From Vicinamibacteria bacterium (GTDB lineage Bacteria > Acidobacteriota > Vicinamibacteria > Marinacidobacterales > Marinacidobacteraceae), in contig CBDATA010000001.1 of the NCBI GenBank assembly GCA_965199715.1, positions 96,001 to 160,000 on the forward strand: a stretch of DNA of 64,000 bases. The letters are read 5' to 3'. Position numbers and translations under genes: made by a program. Under the pieces are notes generated by a model that had not been told where the DNA came from, ran no database searches, and saw only the letters and a program-made list of their open reading frames with translations. The first letter of the stretch is position 1, and every line of letters begins with the position of its first letter. This document shows, piece after piece, positions 51,306 to 61,849 of this stretch.

Positions 51306-54155
51306 CTACAGCAGCCGGGCGAGGTACTCGGCGGGGTGCTCCGCCCGGACCCCGGCGAGGTCCAGGAGCTGGTGGCGGCAGGATGTCCCGGTCGCGACCA
51401 GCGCCTCCGAAGGGCCGAGCTTCCGCGCCACTGGAAGGAGCGCCCGTTCGCCGATGTCGCGCGACAGGTCGAAGTGGTCGCGCGTGTACCCGAAGCTCCC
51501 CGCCATGCCGCAGCACCCGGAGTCGAGCGCGGTCACCGGAGCTCCCGAGGCGCGCAGCGCGCCCTCGAGCGGCCCGCTTCCGCAAAACGCCTTCTGGTGG
51601 CAGTGGGCGTGCGCCGTGACCGGGCGGTCGGCGGCGCGGCTCCCGAACGTCTCCGCCGCCGCGTCCCTGTCGCGCTCGAGGAACTCGTCGAACAGCTGCG
51701 TCGCCTTCGCGACCGAAGCGGCCGCGTCGGTCGGGACGAGTTCCGGAATTTCGTCGCGGAACCCGAGGAGGCACGAGGGCTCGAGGCCGATGATCGGGAC
51801 GCCCGCCTGCGCGATGGGGGCGAGCGCGGCCACGCTCCTTCCGGCGAGCTTCCGGGCGCGGTCGAGCTGCCCCCGCGAGATGGCCGGACGCCCGCAGCAG
51901 CGCGCCGGGGCGAGCGCGACCCGGTAGCCGAGCGCCGCGAGCACCCGCGCCGCGGCGATCCCGACTCCCGGCTCGAAGAAGTTCGTGAACGTGTCCGGGA
52001 AGATCGCCGCCTCGCCCCGGGGCCGTTCCGGCTCGAGCGATCGCCGGTTCCGCCCGAACCACGCGACGAAGGTCTCCCGGGCCAGCGGCGGCACGCTGCG
52101 CTCCGGGTGGACGTCGAGCAGCCAGCGGGCGAGCCGCGAGCCGCCGAGACTCCGGGACAGCGGGCCGAACGCCCCGGCGAGGCGGGCGAGCGCATCGGGA
52201 GCGCCGAAGACCCGGTCGGCCAGCGAACGCCGGCGCGTCCGGTGGTAGTGGTGAAGAAAGTCCGACTTGAGCCGGGCCATGTCCACGCCCGACGGGCACT
52301 CGGCCTTGCACGCCTTGCACGAAAGGCACAGGTCGAGCGCGTCGCGGACCCGGTCCTCGGCCTCGGCCTCCGGCGCGAGCCGGCCGTCCAGCATGGCCCG
52401 CATCAGGTTCGCGCGGCCCCGGGTGGAGTGCTCCTCCTCGCGGGTGGCCATGAACGACGGGCACATCGTGCCGGCGCGCACCTTCCGGCAGACCCCGGCC
52501 CCGTTGCACAGCTCGACGGCGCGGGCGAACCCGCCCTCGCGCGGGTACGGGAACGCCGTCGGGAGTTCGATCGTCCGGTAGCCCTCGCCGTAGCGCAGGT
52601 TCTCGGCCATCGCCGGCGCGTCCACGACCTTGCCCGGATTCATGATCCCGAGCGGATCGAACGCCGCCTTCAGCCGCCGGAATCCCTCGTACACCCGGTC
52701 GCCGAAGATCTTCCGGCTGAAGTGGCTGCGCGCCAGTCCGTCTCCGTGCTCGCCGCTCATGGCGCCGCCGAACTCGAGCACCAGGTCGCAGATCTCGTCG
52801 GCGATCCGCTCCATCATGCGGATCTCCCCCGGGTCCTTCAGGTTGACCAGCGGACGGATATGAAGGCAGCCGGCCCCGGCGTGGGCGTAGAACGTGCCCT
52901 CGGTGCCGCGCCCCTCGAGGATCTCCTCGAAGCGCCGGATGAACTCGGGAAGCCGGTCGGGCTCGACCGCGGTGTCCTCCACGAATGCGATGGGCTTGCG
53001 GTCGCCCGGGAGGCTCAGCAGCAACGGAAGCGCCGCCTTGCGCACCTTCCAGACGTTGGCCTGCTCGGCGGGGTCCAGCATCCGCCGCATCGGCTGGCCG
53101 CGCCGGCCGAGCTTCCGCGCCAGGCGGTCGAACTTGGCCTCGACCTCGCCCGGAGTCTCTCCGGCGAACTCCACGAGGATGAGCGCCCCCGGCTGGCCCT
53201 CGACGAAGTGCAGGCGGCGCGCGTACTCGAGCGAGTCGCGGGCGAGTTCGAGGACCATGCGGTCCACGAGCTCCACGGCTGTCGGCCCGCATTCGAGCGC
53301 GACCACGCCGGCCTCGAGCGCCGGCAGCAGCGCGTCGAAGTGGAGCACCGCGAGACCGACCGACGGCGGCAGCGGATGGAGGCGGACGCTCGCCTCCACG
53401 ACGGTTCCGAGCGTTCCCTCGGACCCGACGATGAGGTGCGCGAGGTTGACGCCGTCCGGATCCAGCAGAAGGTCGAGGTTGTAGCCCGAAACCCGCCTGG
53501 GGATCCGGGGGAACTTCGCCCGGATGTCGTCGGCGAGCGTTTCCCGGAGTTCGAGGATCTCGCGCAGCACTCGGCCGACGACGCCGCCGTCCCCGGCGGC
53601 CCGACGGCGGACTTCGTCCCAGCCCATCCAGCCGAGCCGCTCGAGCGAGCCGTCGGACAGCACCGCGGTCACGTCGATGACGTTCTCGACGGTCTTCCCG
53701 TACACGAGCGAGCGGGCGCCGGCGGAGTTGTTTCCGATCATGCCGCCGAGGTTGGCCCGGTTCGACGTGGATGTCTCCGGACCGAAGCGCAGACCGGAGC
53801 GGGCGAGCTCGGCGGCGAATGCGTCCTGCACCACGCCGGGCTGGACCCGCGCCTCGAACTCCTCCCGGTTGATCTCGGGAACGTCGCGGAAGTGCTGCGA
53901 GAGGTCGAGGATCACGGCCTCGCCGACGGCCTGGCCGGCGAGCGAGGTTCCCCCGCCCCGCGGCAACACCGGGGCTCCGGCGTCGGCGGCGACCCGCACC
54001 GCCTCGACCACGTCCCCCGCATGGCGCGGGAACACCACGCCGAGCGGCTCGATCTGGTACATGCTCGCGTCGTTCGCGTACAGGATGCGCGTCGCCCGAT
54101 CGAAGCGGACGTCGCCCTCGATCCGGGCGGCGAGGTCGCGCGCGAGCTCGTTCAA
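51306..54155 (-). CDS. FAD-linked oxidase / [4Fe-4S] dehydrogenase (GlcD-GlcF fusion, YdiJ-like)
   Basis: PRGGGTSLAGQ, GSEGTLG, HAGAGCLH, SGEHGDG, CLSCKACKAECP, CCG motifs. Confidence 0.92.
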   Translation of the reverse strand: MNELARDLAARIEGDVRFDRATRILYANDASMYQIEPLGVVFPRHAGDVVEAVRVAADAGAPVLPRGGGTSLAGQAVGEAVILDLSQHFRDVPEINREEFEARVQPGVVQDAFAAELARSGLRFGPETSTSNRANLGGMIGNNSAGARSLVYGKTVENVIDVTAVLSDGSLERLGWMGWDEVRRRAAGDGGVVGRVLREILELRETLADDIRAKFPRIPRRVSGYNLDLLLDPDGVNLAHLIVGSEGTLGTVVEASVRLHPLPPSVGLAVLHFDALLPALEAGVVALECGPTAVELVDRMVLELARDSLEYARRLHFVEGQPGALILVEFAGETPGEVEAKFDRLARKLGRRGQPMRRMLDPAEQANVWKVRKAALPLLLSLPGDRKPIAFVEDTAVEPDRLPEFIRRFEEILEGRGTEGTFYAHAGAGCLHIRPLVNLKDPGEIRMMERIADEICDLVLEFGGAMSGEHGDGLARSHFSRKIFGDRVYEGFRRLKAAFDPLGIMNPGKVVDAPAMAENLRYGEGYRTIELPTAFPYPREGGFARAVELCNGAGVCRKVRAGTMCPSFMATREEEHSTRGRANLMRAMLDGRLAPEAEAEDRVRDALDLCLSCKACKAECPSGVDMARLKSDFLHHYHRTRRRSLADRVFGAPDALARLAGAFGPLSRSLGGSRLARWLLDVHPERSVPPLARETFVAWFGRNRRSLEPERPRGEAAIFPDTFTNFFEPGVGIAAARVLAALGYRVALAPARCCGRPAISRGQLDRARKLAGRSVAALAPIAQAGVPIIGLEPSCLLGFRDEIPELVPTDAAASVAKATQLFDEFLERDRDAAAETFGSRAADRPVTAHAHCHQKAFCGSGPLEGALRASGAPVTALDSGCCGMAGSFGYTRDHFDLSRDIGERALLPVARKLGPSEALVATGTSCRHQLLDLAGVRAEHPAEYLARLL

Positions 54156-54174
54156 GGGACGGCCGGCCCGGCGA

Positions 54175-54630
54175 TCACGCCGAACGGCCGCGGTCTCGTG
54201 GGTCGGACCCCATCATCCAGAAGAAGACCGCCGCCGCGACCGCCGCGAGCGGCGCGAACGCGGCCACGGCGCCGAAGCCGGTCTGGAGCAGCGGGAACCG
54301 GAGCAGCACGATTCCGGCGTTCAGGAGCGACGCCAGCACGAGCGCGAGAAACGCCCATTGCGCCCGCTTCCGCCGGTAGGGGAACAGCGCGATCGCGAGC
54401 ACGAGCACGCCGTAGGAGACCCCGAACGCGGCGGCGGTTCCGCGCCGGGCGGAGAGCGCGTTCGCGATCATCTCGTCGCCGCCCGCGAGCTCGGCGGGCG
54501 TGTACTGCCCGGCGATCAGGTCGGCTTCGGGATTGAAGTACGCGGCGTTCACCGAAAGCAGCGACGGGATCAGGAACATCACGCCGAGCAGCGTGAACAG
54601 GATCCAACTGAGAGTGTGGGCGCGCTTCAT
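54175..54630 (-). CDS. Small membrane protein (~4 TM), unknown function
   Basis: Hydrophobic segments; ATG 1 nt after the upstream stop. Confidence 0.7.
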   Translation of the reverse strand: MKRAHTLSWILFTLLGVMFLIPSLLSVNAAYFNPEADLIAGQYTPAELAGGDEMIANALSARRGTAAAFGVSYGVLVLAIALFPYRRKRAQWAFLALVLASLLNAGIVLLRFPLLQTGFGAVAAFAPLAAVAAAVFFWMMGSDPRDRGRSA

Positions 54631-54631
54631 G

Positions 54632-56668
54632 TCACTGGGGTTCGCCGAGGTTCAGCGGCTCGGCGTCGACGAGCCGCACGGCCCAAAGGCCCGAGTTGTG
54701 GTCGGCGACGAAGATCGTTCCCTTGTGCGGCTGCGGCCCCCACGCCATGGCCGAGTTCGGGAGGAAGCTCTCGGGATCCTCGGCGAGGAAATGCGCGATC
54801 TCGCGCCCCTGCCGGTACAAGTCGCCCCGAAGCTCGCCGGAGATATCCACGACCCGGAGCCCGGCGTTGTAGTAGCCGACATAGAGGACGTCGTCCTCGA
54901 CCCAGAGGTTGTGGGTCCCCGCCTCGGGCACTTGGTAGCGGGCCACTTCCCTCGGCTCGTCCCACGTATCCCACTCGTAGATGTGGATCCAGCCGGCGGC
55001 GCGGTCGGGCGTACCCGCCTCCCCGATGGTCTGGTACGGGAACGCCTCGTCCCCGCCGATCATCAGGAACTTCCCGGTGGACTCGCTCCGGTAGGGATAC
55101 GCGGCGTGGTTCCAGCCGCTCGGGTGGGTCGCGCTCCCCATCAGCACCGGGTTGTTGGGCGCGCCGCCCATGCCCCCGCCGCCGACGTCCACCGCGACCA
55201 CGCCGTCGGCCCAGTTCGAGGAATAGGCGATTCCCTCGTGGACCCAGACGTCGTGGATCGAGTGCCCCGGCGTGTCCAGCTCGAAGCGCCCGACGCGGTA
55301 GGGATTCGCCGGATCCTCGGCGTTCAGGATGTCGTAGCGCCGGCCCGCCGAGAGCGCGTAGATGTGCTCCTCGGCGATGAACACGTTGTGCACCCCGCCG
55401 GTCAACTGGTCGTCGTAGCGGGCGATCACCGACACGCCGTTCGCCGGGTCGCTCACGTCGAGGATCACGAGGCCGTTCTTGCGGTTCGAGGCCCCTTCGC
55501 GGCTGATCACGCAGAACTGGCCGTCGCTCGAGATCTTCACGTCATTCACGGTGCGGGCGTCCACCCGGACCGCGTCGATGAGGGCCATCGCCCGGGGGTC
55601 GGTCACGTCCCAGAAGTAGGCGTGCCCGTCGGCGCCCCAGGTGCCGGTGACCGCGTAGTCCCGGCCGTCGGGTCCCTCCCATACCCACAGGTCGGACGTG
55701 TGGCGATCCCGAACCGGAGCCTGTCCGAGGATCTCGACGTCCTTCCGCACGTCGCGGGGCGCGACCTCGATGGCGCGGGACGCCGAGGTCGTGAAGCCGT
55801 CGGCGACCACCGTGTGGACGCCCGAGCGCTCCGCCACGAAGGCGCCGTCCTGCTCCACCTGCCCGATCGCGCCGGGCGCCACGATCGCGTCCGCCGGCGT
55901 CCCGAAGGTCGAGAACTGGACCGGGTAGTCAGGAACTGGATCGCCGCCGGCGTCGGTCGCCCGCGCCTCGAAGAACACGACGTCGCCGGTGCGCACCGGG
56001 CCGTCCGCGCTCGCCGCGAGGGTGAGCGAGACGACCGGGTTCGGGAGCACGGTCAGCGGGATCGAGGTCTCGACCGACTCGGACCCGACGGTGAGCGCGG
56101 CGGAGCCGGGAGCGACCAGCCGGAGCACGCCCAGCGCGTCCACTTGGGCCACCGAGGCGTCGTCGGCGCCCCAGCGGACCTCCACGTCCGGCCGGCCGGC
56201 GCCCGAGGAATCGGTGACCGCGGCCCGCAGGCCGATCTCGGTGCCCGCGTAGAGATGGGCCGGGAGGTTCGCGACTCCCACGTCGGCGACCGGGGGATTC
56301 GGGATCGTGACCGGAATCTCGACGAGGACCGCGGGCTCGGCGCGGCGGTCGGCCGCTTCCGCATCCTTCGGCACCATCGCGATCAGGGTGTGCTCGCCGG
56401 GGCGGTGCGCCTCGACGATCCCCGCGGGGTTCACCCCCACGAAACGGCGCTGCCGCGAGAAGTACACGACGGTGCGGTCCATGGGCTCGCCGTCGGCGTC
56501 GCGCACCTCGGCGCTGAGGGTCAGGGTCTCGCCGACCTCCAGCTCGACTTCGGACGGAGTCACGACGAGTTCGGCGGGCTCCGCCGCCTCCTCCTCCTGC
56601 GCGAACGCCGGCGCCGCCAGCAGGCAGAGGAGCGCCGGCAGCGCGGCCCGGATGCGACGGTCGGACAT
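54632..56668 (-). CDS. Secreted Ig-like + LVIVD-repeat beta-propeller protein (paralog A)
   Basis: Signal peptide; Ig-like strands (V.W...D.SVA.VD..G); GLVILDVSDP and GLRVVDIS repeats. Confidence 0.85.
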   Translation of the reverse strand: MSDRRIRAALPALLCLLAAPAFAQEEEAAEPAELVVTPSEVELEVGETLTLSAEVRDADGEPMDRTVVYFSRQRRFVGVNPAGIVEAHRPGEHTLIAMVPKDAEAADRRAEPAVLVEIPVTIPNPPVADVGVANLPAHLYAGTEIGLRAAVTDSSGAGRPDVEVRWGADDASVAQVDALGVLRLVAPGSAALTVGSESVETSIPLTVLPNPVVSLTLAASADGPVRTGDVVFFEARATDAGGDPVPDYPVQFSTFGTPADAIVAPGAIGQVEQDGAFVAERSGVHTVVADGFTTSASRAIEVAPRDVRKDVEILGQAPVRDRHTSDLWVWEGPDGRDYAVTGTWGADGHAYFWDVTDPRAMALIDAVRVDARTVNDVKISSDGQFCVISREGASNRKNGLVILDVSDPANGVSVIARYDDQLTGGVHNVFIAEEHIYALSAGRRYDILNAEDPANPYRVGRFELDTPGHSIHDVWVHEGIAYSSNWADGVVAVDVGGGGMGGAPNNPVLMGSATHPSGWNHAAYPYRSESTGKFLMIGGDEAFPYQTIGEAGTPDRAAGWIHIYEWDTWDEPREVARYQVPEAGTHNLWVEDDVLYVGYYNAGLRVVDISGELRGDLYRQGREIAHFLAEDPESFLPNSAMAWGPQPHKGTIFVADHNSGLWAVRLVDAEPLNLGEPQ

Positions 56669-56673
56669 GCCGG

Positions 56674-58707
56674 CTACTGCGGCTCGCCGAGGAAGACCGG
56701 CTCCTCGTCCACGAGGCGCACGGCCCACAGGCCCGAGTTCATGTCGCTCAGGTAGATGTTCCCCTTGAACGGCTGCGGCCCCCAGGTCATCGGAGCGTTG
56801 GGGATGTGGCCTTCGGGATCCTCGGGGAGGAAGTGCGCGATCTCCCGCCCCTGCCGGTAGAGGTCGCCCCGGAGCTCGCCCGAGATATCGACGACTCGAA
56901 GCCCGGCGTTGTAGTAGGCGACATAGAGGACGTCGTCCTCGACCCAGAGGTTGTGGGTCCCGGCCTCGGGCACCTGGTAGCGGGCGATCTCCCTCGGCTC
57001 GTCCCACTCGTCCCACTCGTAGAAGTGGATCCAGCCGGCGGCCCGCCCCGGCGTGCTCGCCGCGCGCATCGTCTGGTACGGGAACGCCTCGTCCCCGCCG
57101 ATCATCAGGAACTTCCCGGTGGACTCGCTCCGGTACGGGAAGGCGGCGTGGTTCCAGCCGCTCGGATAGGGAGTGCTGCCGAGCATGACCGGGTTGTTCG
57201 GCGCGCCGCCCATGCCGCCGCCGCCGACGTCCACCGCGACCACGCCGTCGCCCCAGTTGGACGAGTAGGCGACGCCCTCATGGACCCAGACGTCGTGGAT
57301 CGAGTGCCCCGGCGTGTCGAGCTCGAAGCGGCCGACCCGGTACGGGTTCGTCGGATCCTCGGCGTTCAGGATGTCGTAGCGCCGGCCGGCCGAGAGCGCG
57401 TAGATGTGCTCCTCCGCGATGAACACGTTGTGCACGCCGCCGCTCAACTGGTCGTCGTAGCGGGCGATCACCGTGACCCCGTTCAGCGGATCGCTCACGT
57501 CGAGGATCACGAGACCGTTCTTGCGGTTCGAGGCCCCTTCCCGGCTGATCACCGCGAACCTGCCGTCCTCGGAGACCTTGACGTCGTTCACCGTCCGGGC
57601 GTCCACGCGCACCGTGTCGATGAGCGCGATCGCCGACGGGTTCGTCACGTCCCAGAAGTAGGCGTGGCCGTCGGCGCTGTGGGTGCCGGTCACCGCGTAG
57701 TCGCGGCCGTCGGCGCCCTCCCAGACCCACAGGTCGGAGGTGCGGCGGTCGCGCACCGGCCCCCGGCCGACGACTTCCACGCCCTTCCGGACGTTGCGGG
57801 GAACCGCCTCGACGCTCGCCGCAACCGAGGTCGTGAAGCCGTCGGCGATCACCGTGTGGACGCCCGGACGCTCGGCGACGAACGCCCCGTCCTGGCCGAC
57901 CTGGCCGATCGCGCCGGCGGCCACGATTCCCGCGGCCGGCGCTCCCATCGTGGAGAACTGGACCGGATACTCGGGCACCGGATCGCCCGCGGCGTCGGTC
58001 ACGACGGCCTTGAAGAAGACCACGTCCCCGGTGCGCACCGGGCCCGCCTCGCTCGCCTCGAGGCTGATCGCGGCCGCCGGATTCTCCGCGACCGTCACGG
58101 GAATCTCGGCGCCCACCGACTCCGCGCCGACCGTCAGCGTGGTGGTTCCGGCGGAACGCAGCGTGAGCACGCCGAGCGCGTCCACGCTCGCCACCGAGGC
58201 GTCGCCGGTGCTCCAGCGAACCTCGACGTCGGTGCGCTTCGCCCCCGACGAGTCGGTCACGACCGGGCGCAGCCCCATTTCGGTGCCCGCGTAGAGCGCG
58301 CCGGGGAGGTTCGCGACCTCCACGTCGGCGACCGGCGGATTCGGGATCGTCACCGGGATCTCGAGCGTGACGGCCGGCTCGGCGCGGCGGTGGAGATCCT
58401 CGGGATCCTTCGGCACCATGGCGATCAGGGTGTGCGTCCCGGGGCGGTACGCCTCGACGATCCCCGCCGGGTTCACTCCGACGGCGCGCCGGGCGCGGGA
58501 GTAGAAGACGACCGAGCGTTCGATCGCCATGCCGTCGGCGTCCCGCACCTCGGCGGCGAGCGTCAGGGTCTCGCCGACCTCCAGCTCGACTTCGGACGGA
58601 GTGACGACGATTTCCGCCGGCTCGGGGGCGGCGGGCGCCTCCTCCTGCGCGGCCGCCTCCAGCCCGAAGGCGAGCGCGGCGAGAAACAGGATGCGATTCC
58701 GGGTCAT
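56674..58707 (-). CDS. Secreted Ig-like + LVIVD-repeat beta-propeller protein (paralog B)
   Basis: Same architecture as A; ATGA overlap with paralog C. Confidence 0.85.
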   Translation of the reverse strand: MTRNRILFLAALAFGLEAAAQEEAPAAPEPAEIVVTPSEVELEVGETLTLAAEVRDADGMAIERSVVFYSRARRAVGVNPAGIVEAYRPGTHTLIAMVPKDPEDLHRRAEPAVTLEIPVTIPNPPVADVEVANLPGALYAGTEMGLRPVVTDSSGAKRTDVEVRWSTGDASVASVDALGVLTLRSAGTTTLTVGAESVGAEIPVTVAENPAAAISLEASEAGPVRTGDVVFFKAVVTDAAGDPVPEYPVQFSTMGAPAAGIVAAGAIGQVGQDGAFVAERPGVHTVIADGFTTSVAASVEAVPRNVRKGVEVVGRGPVRDRRTSDLWVWEGADGRDYAVTGTHSADGHAYFWDVTNPSAIALIDTVRVDARTVNDVKVSEDGRFAVISREGASNRKNGLVILDVSDPLNGVTVIARYDDQLSGGVHNVFIAEEHIYALSAGRRYDILNAEDPTNPYRVGRFELDTPGHSIHDVWVHEGVAYSSNWGDGVVAVDVGGGGMGGAPNNPVMLGSTPYPSGWNHAAFPYRSESTGKFLMIGGDEAFPYQTMRAASTPGRAAGWIHFYEWDEWDEPREIARYQVPEAGTHNLWVEDDVLYVAYYNAGLRVVDISGELRGDLYRQGREIAHFLPEDPEGHIPNAPMTWGPQPFKGNIYLSDMNSGLWAVRLVDEEPVFLGEPQ

Positions 58708-60731
58708 TGGGGTTCTCCCAGATTCAGCGGCTCGGCGTCCACGAGCTTGACCGCCCATAGCCCCGAGCTGTTGTCGGCGATGAAGATGTGCCCCTTGTAG
58801 GGCTGCGGTCCCCAGACGAACGGCGTGTTCGGCTTGACCGTCTCGGGATCGAACGGGCGGAACATGGCGATCTCGCGGCCCTGGCGGTAGAGATCGCCCC
58901 GGAGCTCGCCGGAGATATCGACCACCCGCAGGCCGCCGTTGTAGTAGGCGACATAGAGGATGTCGCTCTCGACCCAGAGGTTGTGGGTTCCGGCCTCGGG
59001 CACCTGGTAGCGGGCCACTTCCTTCGGCTCGTCCCACTCGTCCCACTCGAAGATGTGGATCCAGCCCGCGGCGCGGCGCGGGGCCCGAGGGCCCTCCATG
59101 AGCTGGTGCGGGAACGCCTCGTCCCCGCCGATCATCAGGAACTTCCCGGTGGACTCGCTCCGGTACGGGAAGGCCGCGTGGTTCCAGCCGCTCGGGTAGG
59201 TCGCGCTCCCCATCTGCACCGGGTTGTTGGGCGCGCCGCCCTTGCCGCCGCCGCCGACGTCCACCGCGACCACGCCGTCGTTCCAGTTGGACGAGTACGC
59301 GATCCCGTCATGGACCCAGACGTCGTGGATCGAGTGACCGGGCGTGTCCAGCTCGAAGCGGCCCACCCGGTACGGGTTCGTCGGATCCTCGGCGTTCAGG
59401 ATGTCGTAGCGCCGGCCCGCCGAGAGCGCGTAGATGTGCTCCTCGGCGATGAAGACGTTGTGCACTCCGCCGGTCAACTGGTCGTCGTAGCGGGCGATCA
59501 CCGAAACCCCGGTCCGCATGTCGCTCACGTCGAGGATCACGAGGCCGTTCTTGCGGTTCGAGGCCCCCTCCCGGCTGATCACGCAGAACTTGCCGTCCTC
59601 GGAGACCTTCACGTCGTTCACCGTCCGGGCGTCCACCCGCACCGTGTCGATGAGCGAGATCGCCGCCGGATCGGTCACGTCCCAGAAGTAGGCGTGTCCG
59701 TCGGCGCTGTGCGTGCCGGTGACCGCGTAGTCGCGGCCGTCCGTCCCCTCCCAGACCCACAGGTCCGAAGTGCGGCGGTCGCGCACGGGGCCCCGGCCCA
59801 CGACCTCCACGTCCTTGCGGACCTTCCGCGACGTGACCTCCACGGTCGCGCTGGCCGAGTGGGTGAACCCGTCCACGACCACGGTGTGGATTCCCGACCG
59901 CTCGGCGACGAACGCGCCGCCGTCATCGACCTGGCCGATCGCGCCGGGCGCCACGATGCCCGTCGCCGGAACGCCGAACGTGGCGTAGAGCACCGGGTAC
60001 TCGGGAACCTCGGCGCCGGAAGCGTCCACGACCCGCGCCTCGAAGAAGACCACGTCGCCGGTGCGGACCGGCCCGTCGGGGGCTCCCGCAAGCGCGATGG
60101 AGGCGACCGGATTGGCCAACACCTCAATCGTGATCTCGCTCTCGGCCTCCTCGGCGGACACGGCGAGCGTCGTCGTTCCCGCGCCCACGAGCGTCAGCCC
60201 ACCGAAGGAGTCCACGGTGGCCACCGACGGATCGGCGGTCGTCCACTCGACCTCCACGTCGATCCGAGCCGCGCCCGAAGTGTCGGTCACCGACGGGCGG
60301 AGCCCGACTTCGGTTCCGGCGTAGAGGTGCCCGGGAAGGTTCGCAACGCCGACCGAGGCCACCGGGGGATTCGGGATCGTGACCGGAATCTCCACCGAGA
60401 CCGCCGGTTCCGCCCGGCGATGGTTGTCCTCCGGGTCCTTCGGCACCATGGCGATCAGGATGTGCTCCCCGGGCCGATAGGCCTCGACCACGCCGGCCGG
60501 ATTCACGCCCACCGAACGCCGCCGCCGCGAATAGAAGACGACGGTGCGGTCCATCGCGTTGCCGTCGGCGTCGCGCACCTCCGCCGCAAGCGTGAGGGAG
60601 TCCCCGACCTCGATCTCGACCTCGGACGGGGTGACGATCAGTTCGGCCGGCTGGGGGCCGGCGTCCGCTTCCTCCTCCTGCGCCAGCGCGAACGCGGGCA
60701 GGAGGGCGAGTGCGAGCGCGAGGCGCAGCAT
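58704..60731 (-). CDS. Secreted Ig-like + LVIVD-repeat beta-propeller protein (paralog C)
   Basis: Same architecture as A; TGATG overlap with the upstream YVTN gene. Confidence 0.85.
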   Translation of the reverse strand: MLRLALALALLPAFALAQEEEADAGPQPAELIVTPSEVEIEVGDSLTLAAEVRDADGNAMDRTVVFYSRRRRSVGVNPAGVVEAYRPGEHILIAMVPKDPEDNHRRAEPAVSVEIPVTIPNPPVASVGVANLPGHLYAGTEVGLRPSVTDTSGAARIDVEVEWTTADPSVATVDSFGGLTLVGAGTTTLAVSAEEAESEITIEVLANPVASIALAGAPDGPVRTGDVVFFEARVVDASGAEVPEYPVLYATFGVPATGIVAPGAIGQVDDGGAFVAERSGIHTVVVDGFTHSASATVEVTSRKVRKDVEVVGRGPVRDRRTSDLWVWEGTDGRDYAVTGTHSADGHAYFWDVTDPAAISLIDTVRVDARTVNDVKVSEDGKFCVISREGASNRKNGLVILDVSDMRTGVSVIARYDDQLTGGVHNVFIAEEHIYALSAGRRYDILNAEDPTNPYRVGRFELDTPGHSIHDVWVHDGIAYSSNWNDGVVAVDVGGGGKGGAPNNPVQMGSATYPSGWNHAAFPYRSESTGKFLMIGGDEAFPHQLMEGPRAPRRAAGWIHIFEWDEWDEPKEVARYQVPEAGTHNLWVESDILYVAYYNGGLRVVDISGELRGDLYRQGREIAMFRPFDPETVKPNTPFVWGPQPYKGHIFIADNSSGLWAVKLVDAEPLNLGEPQ

Positions 60732-61849
60732 CACTGTTCCCCCCTCCAGAAGACAATCCCGCCGGCCTGCTTGCCGATGTCGGCAGTCGCGACCCGCTCG
60801 GCCGCCGCCACGTCATAGACCTCGACCGTGCCGGGCTCGCCGCCGATCCCCTCGACGGAGACGATGGCGTATCGGTCGTCATCCGAGATCACGACTCCGT
60901 GCGGCACCCGCCGCCCGCTCTTGGGCGCGGCGATGAGCTCGCCGGAAGCGACATCCCAGAAGGAGACCTTGTGACCCGACTTGTTCGTCGCGACCAGCAC
61001 GCCGCCGTCGGAGGTCACCGCGAGGTTGTACGGGTTCTCGCCGGGACCCGCGTCGAAGCGCCGAGAGACCTCGAATCCCTCGAGGTCCACCTCGTAGATC
61101 GCGCTGTCCCCGTTGCCGGCCACGTAGAGCTTGCCGGCGGCGGTCGGAGCCGTGACCCACGTCGGCTTCACGACCGGCGTCTTCATCCCGTCCATGCCCT
61201 CCATGTCGTGGTTCATGCCGGCGTGTCCCGCGTGCGGGTCGGTTCCGAGGTACAGGCGGCGGGCGATCTCGAAGCGCATGGCGTCCACTTCCACCAGCTC
61301 GTCGTCCATCATGTTGACCGAATAGAGCCGGTCGCCGCCCGCGTTCATCCGCGCGCCGTGCGGCATGACGCCGGTGTCGATCGTGGCCACCTCGATCATG
61401 GTGCCGGTCTCGACCACCGAGATCGTGCTCGGGACCATGTCTCCGTGGAGGTTGAAGTTGACCACGTAGAGCAGGCCGGTGCTCGGCGACATGTCCATGG
61501 TCGCCGGGAACAGGCCGAGCGTGGCGTCGCCGAGCCATTCGTTGGTTCCGGTCGTGTACTTGTGGACGGAGCCGAACGGCATGCCGTGGGCGATCGAGAG
61601 GTACCAGTGGCGCCCGTCGGGGGAGACGTTGATCCCGTGCGGCCCCTCGGTCTCGGTCGGGAACGCCCCGACCGGGATCCGGTCCACCTCCTCGAACCCG
61701 CCCGGACCGAAGCGGAGCATGTGCACGGTGTCGTCGGACTCGGCGCAGACGTACACGAAGTAGTTGCGCCGGGGCGGCTCGGGCTCGGCGCTGACGGCGG
61801 TGGCTCCGAGGATCGCGAGCGCCGCGAAGGCGGGAATCAGGCGCGTCAT
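60731..61849 (-). CDS. Secreted YVTN/YncE-type beta-propeller protein with a His/Met-rich loop
   Basis: Signal peptide; PHG...SPDG, LYVVN, LYVAG repeats; HAGHAGMNHDMEGMDGM insertion. Confidence 0.82.
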   Translation of the reverse strand: MTRLIPAFAALAILGATAVSAEPEPPRRNYFVYVCAESDDTVHMLRFGPGGFEEVDRIPVGAFPTETEGPHGINVSPDGRHWYLSIAHGMPFGSVHKYTTGTNEWLGDATLGLFPATMDMSPSTGLLYVVNFNLHGDMVPSTISVVETGTMIEVATIDTGVMPHGARMNAGGDRLYSVNMMDDELVEVDAMRFEIARRLYLGTDPHAGHAGMNHDMEGMDGMKTPVVKPTWVTAPTAAGKLYVAGNGDSAIYEVDLEGFEVSRRFDAGPGENPYNLAVTSDGGVLVATNKSGHKVSFWDVASGELIAAPKSGRRVPHGVVISDDDRYAIVSVEGIGGEPGTVEVYDVAAAERVATADIGKQAGGIVFWRGEQ

